From Nemertoderma westbladi (lineage: Eukaryota; Animalia; Xenacoelomorpha): a stretch of DNA of 64,000 nucleotides. Where the stretch lies: the NCBI GenBank assembly GCA_032718475.1, contig JAUCBJ010007580.1, positions 62,001 through 126,000 of the forward strand, read 5' to 3'. Below the pieces are notes generated by a model, which saw only the letters and a program-made list of their open reading frames with translations, ran no database searches and was not told where the DNA came from. The translations under genes and the position numbers were made by a program. Shown here piece by piece: positions 1 through 12,199 of this stretch (its first letter is position 1; every line of letters starts with the position of its first letter).

Positions 1-120
1 CCTTTCCAACTTCTCGTAGTATCCTCTCGTCTTCTCTTCCGGGTGTCTTTCGGTGAAATCCACCAGTATTTCTTTTCCTCCTGACTCCGCCTTTCTCTTC
101 CTGATCAGCTTACTCGCCAT
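1..120 (-). CDS. N-terminus of accessory ORF2 of BEL/Pao copy 1 (partial, open to window edge)
   Basis: ATG at 120 reads MASKLIRKRKAESGGKEILVDFTERHPEEKTRGYYEKLER with no stop. It is homologous to MAEKLVKKRKS/GGKELLVDFTLRHPENKTREHYK starting at 16872 in copy 2. Confidence 0.8.
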   Translation of the reverse strand, partial: MASKLIRKRKAESGGKEILVDFTERHPEEKTRGYYEKLER

Positions 121-599
121 TCCGAACACTACACTCGCTCACCTGCAGGGTGGTGCCTTACCAAGGCGCAATACAGATGAGTGATGTATTTAAGATGTTT
201 CGTACGGTTCGATAATGGCCTACTTTCTACTTAGTTGCGCCTTTCAAGCTAAATTTAACCTAATTAATTTTGAAGCTAGTAAATGAGCGTAATTTACAAT
301 TTCTGTCCGTTACTTTTATTATGTTCTAGAATAACTTCCCTTGTGTTGCCACTATTTTACAATTTTCATCCCTATTTTATTTATTTATCCATTTACTTTG
401 ATTCTACTGTCCTACTACTTACTGCTGCCTATGGATTATTCTATTCTCTAATCCACATTCTGGCCTACTCCGTGGGCCTATGCAGTACAGCAGTATGCGT
501 CGTGTGGCCACACGATTTATCCAGCTGTACTCATATGCCCCCCTCTCTCTACTAATTGCTAACTAATACCTATATCTATATCCCCTTTTACCTCTTACT

Positions 600-1245
600 C
601 CTTCTCTTCTAACTAACGGTACTTACGTACCCTCTAACTCTAACTCTGACTAACGGTACTACGTACCCTCTAACTCTAACTCCAACTAACGGTACTACGT
701 ACCCTCTAACTCTAACTCTAACTATCGGTACTATGTACCCTCTAACTCTAACTCTAACTAACGGTACTACGTACCCTCTAGCTCTAACTCTAACTAACGG
801 TACTTACGTACCCTCTAACTAACTCTCTAACTGGCGGTACTACGTACCTCCTAACTAACTAACTAACTAGGTACTTACGTACCCTCTAACTAACTCTCTA
901 ACTGGCGGTACTACGTACCTCCTAACTAACTAACTAATGGTACTTACGTACCCTCTAACTAACTCTCTAACTGGCGGTACTACGTACCCTCTAACTCTAA
1001 CTCTAACTATCGGTACTACGTACCCTCTAACTAACTAACTAACTAACTAACGGTACTTACGTACCCTCTAACTAACTCTCTAACTGGCGGTACTACGTAC
1101 CTCCTAACTAACTGACTAACTAACGGTACTTACGTACCCTCTAACTAACTCTCTAACTGGCGGTACTATGTACCTCCTAACTAACTAACTAACTAGGTAC
1201 TGCGTACCTTCTTACTAACTCTCTGCCTACTAACTGCGTACCTAC
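600..1245. repeat. Irregular ~30-40 bp minisatellite in the pol-ORF2 spacer of copy 1
   Basis: Core CGGTAC(T)TACGTACC (imperfect palindrome) separated by variable CTAA/CTCTAA runs. Confidence 0.9.
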
Positions 1246-1358
1246 TATGTACTATTTTTTATTTTATTTTATTATTTTGTTTGTGGGAAGGGCGTCTCGC
1301 CCTCAATCCCACCCCCCTCAGTCCAAAACTTGGACGACTAAACTTTTCTCTAACTCTG

Positions 1359-4300
1359 CTAAGGTGCACCTTCTAATAGACAGCATTTACCTACAGCTCT
1401 CCTGTAGGTTTTTCTGTCCTTCGCACCTATCTTTCCACCTATCCGTACTTCTACCGATCGGACTCTTCCGTCCTCGTCGGAATAGGTGCCTACAACTCTC
1501 GCCAACCGCCATTGGTTGTTGATGATAGTATCATCCGTGACGATTATGAGATCTCCCTCTCTTAACTCCCTGTTTGACTTCCTCCACTTGCTTCGCTTTT
1601 GGAGTGTGGGTAGGTATTCCTCGACCCACCTCCTCCAATACTCTGCGCTTAATGCTTTAGCGACTTTCCAAGTTTGGCGGGAGTGTATGTCGTCTGGGTC
1701 TACACCCCGCATATCGATGGTCGCTGGCCTTTCCATTAGGAAATGGCTAGGCGTCAGCACGTCTAATGACTCAGGGTCATCATTCTCTGGATATAGCGGT
1801 CTGCTATTAATGATCCCCTCACACTTCGCAAGTACTGTACGTAAGACGTCCTCAGTGACCATGTGGGTGTTCATCAGCTTCGTCATTAGACGTTTTGAAC
1901 TGCCCACCAGTCTCTCGACGCATCCTAGTGTATGTGGTGCATACGGCGTCCTTCTCTCCCACTTTACTTGTCGTCTCCTCATGGCTGCCCTGACTTCTTC
2001 TCCCTCCAAGATGTCCAAGGCCTCTGCCATCTCACTCTCTGCGCCTACAAAGTTGGTGCCGTTGTCGCTGTATATCACTGCGATCGTTCCACCTTTGCAG
2101 TCCCTAAACCTTTCTAAGGCGTTAATGAACGCTGATGCGGTTGCATCTTGGGCGAGTTCTATCCCTACCGCCCGCGTATTGTTGCATACGAAGATAATGC
2201 CGTAGCGTTTCTCCGTGTGTCGCATCACTTTGATCTTTATCGGCCCGAACATGTCCACACCGCAATGCGTAAATGGCGGGTCGTGTTGTCTTACCCTACT
2301 CGCCGGTAGTGGCGCCATCTCCTGTACGGCTCGCTCCTTCTTCGCTCGTCGGCAGGTCTGGCACTGCCCCACTACCGCTTTAACCTTCTTCCTTAATTGT
2401 TTGACCCAATAGGTCCTCCTTGTCTCTGTGAGGGTTCGGTTGGTGCCCCCATGCAATATCGATTTGTGGGAGTCCCATATAATCTGGTGGACTATTGGCG
2501 ATCCTGTAGGAATGATGATGGGTTTCGGTGGTACGACTATGCTGTTGTTGTATCCCACCCTAGAATTCATTACTAGAATCCCGTCGTCATTGAGTTGTGG
2601 CGACAGCGTGATCAACTCGCTGTCCCGTCGGAGGTGCTGTTGGTTACCGATGCGTTCCACCTCGTCGCCGTAGTTCTTCCGTTGTTCATAGCGGATCACT
2701 GCCTTGTCCGCTCCTTCCAGATCTATGGTTGTCCTGATCTTCTTGTCCTTGCCGACTCCCGCGAGGAAATTCCCGAAGGCTCTCCAGTACGCCACTAGTT
2801 TCTTGGTCTTATACCAACTAGAACTGTAGCTGAGGAGTTTATCCGTCGGGTTATCGCACAGTTCCCTTCCTGGTTGCACGTCCCTAATCTCCCTCACCAT
2901 CTGGTAGTATATCTCTTCTCCCTCTGAATCTCCCTCTTCTCCTTCTGATATTACTTCCGAGCCCGGGTCCACCTTCCTCATCGGCGGCCAGGCCTCCCTA
3001 TCGCTCAGAAATTGTGGCCCATGTTGCCACAATACTTCCTTCTTCAGGAAAGTGTGGCGTTCCACGCCCCTCGACAGCAAGTCCGCTGGGTTCTCGTCTG
3101 TTGGTCAGTAGTGCCACCTTTCCAGTTCTGTATTCGCCCTTATTTCGTCCACTCTATTCGCAACGAATATCGGGTATCTCGTCCTTTCGTTGTGTAGCCA
3201 ACCAAGCACTACCATGGAGTCCGTCCAGTAGTGTGTCTCCACTATGTTGGGAATAGTATCCACTAGGTAGGCTGTGGCTCTTACTCCTAGTCTCGCAGCT
3301 GTCAATTCTAACTTGGGAACTGATGCTGAATCTGGCGGCGTTGACTTTGCTTTACTAAAGGCTAGTCTTGGCTTATGAGCCCCCTCTCGTTGTACTAAGT
3401 AGAGTGCCGCTCCGTACGCTTCCAACGACGCGTCGGAGAACATGTGTAGGTCCAGATTCGTCATGTTCCCATCCGGGAAATACACCCTTGGCATGTTGTA
3501 TGTTCCCATCTTCTCCAAGCTTCCTGTCCACTTGCTCCACTGTCTCTTGATTTCCTCCGGTACCTCTACGTCCCACTCATCTTTTAGTTTGTATACTCTC
3601 TTGAGTATCTGTTTCCCCGTGACTAATAATGGGGATGCTAGGCCTAGGGGATCGTATATCCTTGCTATATACGATACATAGCCCCTCTTCGTGTGGATGT
3701 CTGCGCCCTCCTGGCTCAGCTGATACTTCTGTTCGTCTGTCTTTCTATCCCACACGATTCCCAACGCCTTCTGCTGAGATTCTGTTCTCTTAATCGCCAT
3801 GTCCTGCCCTTTGGCTGTTGTGGGATTATCCATGGTCGATTCTGGTTTCCTGTCCTCTATGGCTTTGATAAATTCTTCCGAACTGGATTGGAATTTGGTC
3901 AGGTTAAAGCCGGATCCCTTTAGGATGTCGCGAACCTCGCGCCCTGTATCCAGTATCTAATTAACCATATTTCCAGACTCCATTCCGTCGTCTACGTAGA
4001 AGCCGCGTCGAATCATATCGACGGCCCTATTGCTGTATCTATCTTCCTTCCCCTTTACTGTGTCTCTCACTGCCATAGTCGTCGTAAATGAAGACGACTT
4101 GGCCCCCATGTTCTGTACTACCATCTTATATGCTGGTATTATTGGCGGTTCTTCTTCGCCGTTATACCATAAGAAGCGTTGACTGTCGCTATCTTCTTCC
4201 GTTACACGGACTTGGTTGAACATGCCTTCTATGTCACACGTGAAGGCGTGTTTCCCATTTCGAAATCTAAGTAACACCTCTATGCCCAAATTGTAAATAT

Positions 4301-7300
4301 TTGGGCCTTCTAACAGGTAATCGTTTAAGCATTTTCCGTCGGTCTTTGCCGATGCGTCGACTACCATCCTTAGTTTACCTTTCTTTGGATCTAAAGCCAC
4401 GTGCAGTGGCAGGTAATATGTTCTATCCGTGTTCGGCTCGTCGACCGGTAACTCCACGGCCCATCCTTTCTCGACGTACTTCTTAATCGTCCTGTGGATG
4501 TACTCATTCTTCTCGGGGCTCCGTTTTAGTGTTTGTTTCAGTTTGCGGAGTCTCGTGAGTACCATCCCCCTATTGTCGGGTAACGGTATCTTCGGTAGTT
4601 TCCATACCATTCCTATAGTATACCGTCCCTCATCGCATGTCATTGATTCCTCTACGCTTTGTAGAGCCTGCTTGTCTTCCACCGAGGTCCCGACCCCGGT
4701 TTCTTTCAATCCCTCGAAATCCTGTCTGAGCAGTCTTTTAAGCTGCTCCTCTGCTCCCTCATCACCCATTTCCTGCATTGTTCCCGCGAACATGCATCCT
4801 GATGTCTCCGACATCCTAAATGGTATCTTACTCTTGATTGGACCACTCAGCGTCCACCCGAATGGTGTTAATATGGCCACCGGGTCACTCTGCTTGTCTT
4901 CGCCGAAGACCGTTTGCATTCTTTCGTGGGCTGTTGGGCAGTCCATACCTACTATGATGGATACCTTCCTAACGTCCACGTCTGGGATTGAGAAGTCAAT
5001 GTTGTCCAGGAATTTGTACTGCTCAACCTCGATGTTGGTTGGTCGCCTGGCATTGATATTAATTGACTCTATCACTTGAATGGGGTCGATGGTTGCCCCA
5101 TAGTCACATCCTGGTGCCACTGCTGCAATTGCGCACCGTCCTGTTCTCATCTCCAGGATCTCATCTTTGCTAGAGATGGTTGTTACCGCCATCTTGCTTG
5201 GCCTCGTTCTCAATCCTATCTCCTCGGCAACCCATTCCTCGACTAATGTGAAGGCAGCTCCACTATCAACCAGCATTAGCGTTGTTACTGATCGATTGCC
5301 TTCCCCGATCACTCGTACTGGTACTACTCCAAGTAGCACCGTTCCTCTCTTCTTCGCCCCTACTGTGCTCGTCGCCATCGTTTGGCCTCTCCTTTGACCA
5401 AATTTCATTGGCTTCTCCTTGCACTCCCTTGCTCTATGTCCACTCATTACACATCGCGAGCAGATTTTATTGCTGAACGCATAGTCTATCTGATCTTGCC
5501 TAGGTAGCGCCTGCCAGTACCTGCAGTTCATAGTTTGATGAAGCGCATTTGCGTGTAGCTGACATTTGCTCTTTGGGTCGTAGCCCTCTTTATACAGTGC
5601 ATTGCGTATCGCAGTTGCGTTCGTACCAAAGTCCCTACTATTCTTATTGTTTGGGTTTTGCCTATTGGACGTACTGGGGTTATGTTTATTCGTGTTATTA
5701 TTGTTTCCCTGTCCGTTCCATGATGTTGTCTTATCCTCGGCTAGCTGTGGACTTGCAGTCCCCTGCGTCGCTGCATATGGCAATGGTTGCCTGAGTCTCG
5801 GTAATGCGTTCGATGTGTTGTGCTCTGGTTTCGGTCTATGGTAGTCTGTCTTCGGTCCCTTTCCCAGGCTGTCTTCGCTATAGACTGGGTCAGTTATTAG
5901 TTCAGCCTCGTAGTTTAAGAAGTTTGACATTTCTTCTAAACCCGGTTCCGCACCCTTCTTATCTCGAGTGGAGAAGGCAATTTTTCTCCACTTGTTGCGC
6001 AGCCAGTTTGGTAGTTCCTGCGCTATCGTGGTGATGTTGTTGGACGCATTGAGTTCGTACGGCGCGTCTAGCGTCTTCAGCACGATTAGCGCCTTTTCGA
6101 CTTTGTTAGCGAACGTCTTAATGCTAACGGGATTATCCTGCAGGCCACCCGATGTTATGCCCCTCAGCGTCTGCCTGATGATCTTGGCCGGGTGCCCATA
6201 TTCCCTATCCAGTGCCCGCCATGCTGTCGTGAAGCCGCCCTCTATTCCTTGATATTGCCTAACGATGTCATATGCTGGGCCTCCCGTGTATACTTGTAGA
6301 TACTTTAGGCACTCCGCCTGCGTCAAGTTTTTTGTTAGTATTTCGTTACTATACATGCGCCGAAACTGTAGATATTCTTCCGGCCTACTCCCATCGAATT
6401 TGAATGGTTCCACTGGTGGTAGCTCGATCCTCGTTTTCAACGCATCGATCAACGTGGCCATCCCCATTGCCTGCGCTTCCAATGGATTCGACGGGTGCTG
6501 TATAGTTTCCCCTGTCTGGTGCGTTCCGTCTGTCCTATTTCTTGACCTTCTCTGACTTGGGTATGTCATCGGGGGTAGCGGCCCCCTCCATATGTCTGTA
6601 TCACACGACCTATTCTCATCCAAGGGTCTCGTTGTTCTTGCTCCTATCGGGGTATATTGTTGATATTGTGATGGGGGAATGTCACCCTGCCCCCCCCCCC
6701 CCCCCCCCACCGGTATGTTTGGTACTGGGGTTGATGTTAATATGTTGGGGCCCATGCACCTATCCGCAATAATTCCCCCCTCCCCTGGGTATATGTTATG
6801 TCCTTGCATGCTGTAGTCATACTGCTGTGCTGGTACCGGTATAGGCCTATCAGCTTCTGGCCTACCCGCCGGTATGTATTCCGCGACTTCCGGGTTTAAT
6901 CCCGTTGTCCACGCTATCCTATCGCCTACATTGCCTCTCTCAGTATGGCCTACGGTATGTGCAGTAAGGCCTACAGTATGTCCTACAGTCTGCATGTGTT
7001 GTTCGGGATCGAAGTTTATTCTTCTCGAATAATCCTCCCCGCGGCTACCGTACTCTCGGTCGGTATGTGTATTCCGTCGGAAAGTTTCTCTTCGACCCCC
7101 CTCTCTGCTGTTCTCGTCTCCGTGCCGGTACGTCGCGTACCCCTCTCTCGGCGCGTAGTGCGCCTCGCCGGGTCGCATCTCTCCGGGGCGACGGCAATCT
7201 CCCGGAGTCCGACCCCACTGACTCTCCGTTCTCATCTCGACTATCGATGGCTCGCTATCCGTCCTCACTCTTCTATCGTTCGCGGCGATACTTCCACTAC

Positions 7301-9838
7301 TGTCTTCCTTTCTTCTCTTATCAGTGGAATATTCCCGCCCGTGAGATCTCTCGTCGACCTCCCGGTTAAACCCCACTGTTCTTCTTCCTTCCTCTGATCG
7401 GGCTCGACGCTTCGTCCGCCCTCTCGCGACGTCAACCTGTCTCTCTCTGCTCGGTCGCACGCCGCTGGGGATATTCGCAATCCCCCTATTACTTTCCGTC
7501 GCCGGTTGTTGCGGTTTACCTATTTCGGCCCTCGCATTATCCGCTGACGGTTGTGGGACACTTTCTGCCCCCCCCCCTCTCGCCGCTAACTCTCTGTTGT
7601 GGGGCCCTTGTAGCCCCCCCCACTACTACATTTAACTTCGCTACCTCTCTCCCCGCTACTATATACCTCTCTAGTCGACACATCAACCCTACCGCGGTCG
7701 GGTCTATTCACCCCCGCTTCTCCTCCTGCTATTGCGTGGCCTTCCAGGCCCTCTACTCCCTGTCTACCAACTACGTGGCCTACCAGGCCCTCTGCTCCCT
7801 GCCTACCAACTACGTGGCCTACCAGGCCCTCTGCTCCCTGCCTACCAACTACGTGGCCTACCAGGCCCTCATCTGCCTGGCTATACGCGTCCGACATGTT
7901 TACGTTAATAGCACCCATATTGGAAACATAATTGATTTGCTCGCTTGGAACGAAACCATTTGTATTATTCTGCGTGACTACGCTATCTGAGTTATTTTGT
8001 AAATTCGGGCTTGGATCATTATTTAAATTATTTGGATTATTCTGCGTAATCGCGTTATTTAAATTATTTTGTAGGTTCGAATTTGGGTTATTATTTTGAT
8101 TATTTGAATTATTTTGCGTAATTACATTAATATTAGAATTATTTTCTACATTAATATTAGGATTGTTCTGATTTAAATTTAAATTACTACCACTAGGCAA
8201 AGTATTTCCTGCAATAAAGGTTTGATTAGAGTTGTCCCATACGGTACTATCAACATTAACAACGTCTACTGTACCATTGTTATTATTACCCCCCCCGCCC
8301 GTACGGTCACACCAGTTTTGGGTCTGTCGTGCGGTCCCTGTCAGTGGGGTATTAATAAATGTATCTACGGCCCCCGGCTCCTCAAAAATACTCGAGCCGT
8401 CCCCGCTTTCAGACGGCGTCGCTTGCACGAATTGCAACTCGCACGCGCGCCTAATCCTATTTTTCGCCAATTCACCTTGGCGTCTCTTTAATTCCCTTTG
8501 CCCTCACTCAGCCTCTGCCATTCTCCTCTCACATTCCTGGGTGTCTCTGGTGGCCGACTCTGCTACACTCCTAGCACTCTCCCTTCGTCTCGCCTCGCGC
8601 TCCTTGTGTTCCGCCTCACGCTCCTTGCGTTCCCTTTCCTTTCTCGCCTCACGCTCCTTGCGTTCCGCCTCACGCTCCCTACACTCCCTTTCCTCTCTCG
8701 CCTCATGCTCCTTGCGTTCCGCCTCACGCTCCCTACACTCCCTTTCCTCTATTTCCTCACACTCCCTAAGGCTTCTCAAAGCCCTTTCGGCCCTCTCTCC
8801 GGTTTCTCTAATCAATGCCGCCTCCCTCTCTAACCGCATTCTCCCTTCCTCTAGCAGTTCCTCCATTTTTCTCTGACCTTCTTCTACCATCTCGAGACGG
8901 TGTGCGGCACCTATCTCTCTCACCGCTCTTTCTTTCGCGGAGGATGTAACAGACTTATTGGTTACGACGGACTTCCTCCGCCTTCCCAACCCACTAACTT
9001 TCCCCCACTTCCCGGAACTTTCTCCGACCGACGAGACCGAATCCTCGGGGTTAACCTCGGATTCGCCCCCTTCGGGGCCCCTCCAACCCACTGGTTTTAC
9101 TCCCCGGGCATCGACCAAGTATGGCCCTATGTACACTGGCGCTACGCTAGGTTCCATACTCCCACACTCCCATAGTTCAAACAGTTCGCCGGCAATCCCT
9201 TTTGCTCTCCCCTCGGCTAGTTCTCTCTGCCCAAAACGTATTAGGTAATTTAAGTGTCTATCCAACTCACCTAGTCGCTTTCTCAGTCTCACCTCGTCTA
9301 TCTTCGCCCCTTCCTTCTTGGCGTCCTTCATTAGCTTCCGGGTCGTGTTGTAGGCCCGTCGAAGTCACTCTGAAACCCCGACGTCCTCGTCGCCGACCTC
9401 TCCTCCGTCCCTCCGGGTTCGACGTCGTACCGGCGGCTCCACCGTCGCCGTTCCGGTGGGCCGTCCGTCGCCCTCGGCCTGTAGCTGGCCGGCGACATCG
9501 GTACCGATGTCTCCTCCGTCTCTTCGCGTCCGGCGTCGCACCTTCGGCCCCACCGTCGCCGTTTCGGTGGGCCGCTCGTCGCCCTCGGCCTGTAGCTGGC
9601 CGGCGACATTGGTGCGCCGATCTCCGTCCCGTGTCGACTCATCTCCTTCTCCCTCCGTCTCGCTCTCCCTTCCTCTTGGCTCGAGCTCTTGTTCCAGGCT
9701 CCCCTCGTCTTGAACTGCCGGATGACCCGTTACCGATGGGTCCGGCGTTGTGGGCCTGTATCGCCTGGTTGCGGCCTCGCGGATCGTTAGGTCTTCGTCC
9801 GGGGTCCGCGTCGGTGTGGTGTCACCTGACTGACTCAT
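1359..9838 (-). pseudogene. BEL/Pao gag-pol polyprotein (Gag-PR-RT-RH-IN), disrupted
   Basis: ORFs 1359-3080, 3105-3833 and 3957-7460 share one frame, and 7586-8470, 8504-9331 and 9365-9838 share another. They are separated by single stops (3105, 3957, 8504, 9365) and a frameshift near homopolymer runs at 7567-7621. Confidence 0.9.
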
Positions 9839-9999
9839 CCTCTTCTGCAGATTTCGGTGGCTAGTGGTTGAGTTTATCTAGGGCGGCAGCTGGTTTGGTT
9901 ACTGCCGAAGGGTTTAGTTACTGAGTTTAGCAAGGGAAGCAGCACTGATTTAGTTACTGTGACGGGATCCAAGAGGGATCCCGGTTTATCCGGTTTCAG

Positions 10000-10504
10000 T
10001 TCACGCGTCCCCGCCGTGTATAAAGAGTGAAACGAGTTATGATGTTGTTTGTCGTATATAATATAACATGTGGATATAGATATAGATATAGTATGAGATA
10101 ATTGTTGTTGTATACGGAAGGCGGGATACGGTAACTAAAGTCCCGGTCCTTCCCTAGCTAAAACTATGTAATAACCTAACTAGCACCGGTATTGCACTGA
10201 GATAACTGAATTGGTAATACTAGTGCCAAGTGGCTATACTGCACGGTTGGCCTTGCTGCTACCTAATCGATGCCTTGCCCCCCTCTGATTGGTTGATACC
10301 CTTGTTGGCGCCCTTTGGAGTGTTCCCGTTCACTCCAGCTATTCTCTCTGGGTTAGGGGTTTGGCCCCTGACCCTTTATTGTGTGCTTCCTTCCCACTCT
10401 TATTGGGATGGCACGAGTTGGTTAATTACCCAATCTCGTGGCTCCCAATATTGCTTATCGGCTTATAACTTTATGGGGTGTTAGCGGGATTGAATAAGCT
10501 AACA
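10000..10504 (-). repeat. Putative 5' LTR of BEL/Pao copy 1
   Basis: Non-coding region upstream of gag. It ends in GCTAACA, as does the weakly similar block 34790-35345. The partner LTR is outside the window, the inner boundary is approximate and no clear PBS was found. Confidence 0.45.
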
Positions 10505-10584
10505 AATAATATTGTCAAATTCCTAAAATTAAACTAAATTCCTAAATAAGGGTGCATTGAGAAATCCTATGCACCCTATGACTT

Positions 10585-11130
10585 CATAAATTAGTTTGTA
10601 AAGCCAAGTCATTACATCCAACACAATCGGTGTATCGACCAGTGGATTTAAAACTTTATCTCTGATTGTTTATTCTAATTGAAGTTTTGGTTCTGTGAAC
10701 GATTGTGGGAGTCAAGGAAGTTATTTAGTAGGTCTACAGGGTCGGTTATTTAACGCTTCTGTTGAGATCAACATTAATACATTAACCTGGAAGTTAAGAC
10801 TTATTGAACGAGTCAGTGGTACATTTTAGTTTTGCAGGGGAAACTCTTGATGCAGTTGATGGTTGCTATGCTGCAGTTTGCATAAAAGCTATGTTGCATG
10901 AACTCACACTTGAAATTCGCTTTATGAAACTTTTGATGGACTCCAGAAGTTTATTCGAATACAATTTATTCACGAAGAATGATTCGTAAGAAAATAAATT
11001 AAAGATAAGCAATACTACGAGAATAAGTATTAATTACAGGATCTAATTTGTTCAACATATCTGGGAAAAAACAATCAGCAGACGTACTAATAAAGAAGAT
11101 ACCCGGTCAACAACTTATGAAATTTAAGTT
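10585..11130 (+). pseudogene. Degraded Ty1/Copia (GalEa-like) RT C-terminus/RNase H fragment
   Basis: Hand translation across stops and frameshifts: LIVYSN*SFGSVNDCGSQGSYLV..LTWK..IERV..AGETLDAVDG..LLMDSRSLFE, then a Q-S-ADVL motif. This resembles Copia RNase H (YSDASF..DGGSQGGY..W.S..RVV.STLAAET..TDS..Q.ADVLTK). Confidence 0.7.
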
Positions 11131-12006
11131 AAAAAAATAAAAATATATACACGATCTTAGAAACCATTTCATGTAACTTCATAGAAAGAATAGACTTATT
11201 ACTTCAAACGATAATCGGATGCTTTTAATTGCAATATCTAAAGAAATAAGTCTATTTGAAGAACTAAAGAAAGGCACCAATTCATTCAGCAGCTGTAACT
11301 ACAGTAACTAAAGATCTCCTGAAAGAATGGTGAACAATTATATCCATTATATCATCAAAGCTGCTCACTTGAACGTTTCCGTGAGGGGGGGGGGGGGGGG
11401 GGGGCGGTATGGCAGCTGGACTGACACCCTCAGTGAAACATATGTAAGTAGCCTATAGTTTGTCTGATGTATGTAATCTTGTATATTGTATCTTCATGTA
11501 TAAAATCATCATTCTTTGACGTTATTATTGCTAACTAGATGATGTTCATATTAAATCCTCTTTCATCTCTAGCATCTATTCGATTACAGAAACAACTTAC
11601 ACGTTTAATAATTGCCACATATAGAAATCCAACTCTGTTTGAAGTTGTTCTCAATCCAATCCCAAATCATATTTAACGGATCATCAAAGACATTATTCAT
11701 CTATATATTAGGAGAATGTAAGATTTCTCATTTAGCATTATTCATAACTAAAAAGACTGAAATTAACGATAAGTAGTTTACAATGTAAAATACTTATTTT
11801 GCTTAAACATAAAGTAAAGTATAGTAGTAAACAGTGTAAACTACATTACTTAATTGGTAGAAATTAATTAATGTAGTTTACAATATTATTGTGAGCTATT
11901 TTACTTGAAAGAAATGGAGTAAGAAGTAGTTTCAAAATGTAAACAACTACTTTACTTCAATTCTTTCTACTGAGATATCAAAGCTACATCGAACGAGAAA
12001 ACAAAT

Positions 12007-12070
12007 ATGTATTTTCACATTATTCTGATTGCGTACGTTGTTGTAGCGATATCCAGTGCTTCATTATTAG
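12007..12070 (+). CDS. Exon 1 (signal peptide) of secreted EGF/ShK-domain protein gene
   Basis: ATG..MYFHIILIAYVVVAISSASLL+G followed by consensus donor GTAAGT. Phase 1, matching the phase-1 EGF exon at 35480. The link to the downstream exons is inferred. Confidence 0.72.
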
Positions 12071-12199
12071 GTAAGTAATTCATACAGTAAATAAATATAT
12101 ACAATATATATATATACACAATATATAGAATAAAAAACACTTAATTCGTTGCCAAATATTTATACTCAGAGGGTGATCGAAGGGGGATCTACAAACTAT

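Larger units (their letters stand above)
1..10504 (-). mobile_element. BEL/Pao-family LTR retrotransposon, copy 1 (3' part extends beyond left window edge)
   Basis: Gag zinc knuckles, protease LVDSGA, RT (YYLPLH..KLRMVVDAS, CDIEGMF, YVDD), Pao RNase H (FSDASLEAYGA, WTDS, NPADLLSRG) and integrase (HHCC, GVDMFGP, SDNGTNF, VERLVG) in BEL order. Right boundary inferred from ...GCTAACA at 10504 (minus strand starts TGTTAGC). Confidence 0.93.

Noticed and set aside
600-1245. True telomeric repeats
   Set aside because: The TTAG/TTAGAG runs are short, interspersed with a palindromic core and internal to the retroelement.
3105-9367. Programmed read-through or reassigned stop codons (TGA x3, TAG x1) in copy 1 gag-pol
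   Set aside because: Copy 2 has sense codons at the two checkable sites (WHYC at 3105; Glu at 3957). The other TGAs fit CGA-to-TGA decay. Ordinary nonsense mutations are the simpler explanation.
1247-9864. Numerous plus-strand ORFs overlapping copy 1 (and likewise copy 2)
   Set aside because: They are antisense shadows of the retrotransposon polyprotein, Ser/Pro/Leu-rich and without recognisable domains.
9960-10020. Primer-binding site
   Set aside because: Only weak partial resemblance to tRNA-Tyr/Phe-type PBS, with no TGG start; it cannot be supported.
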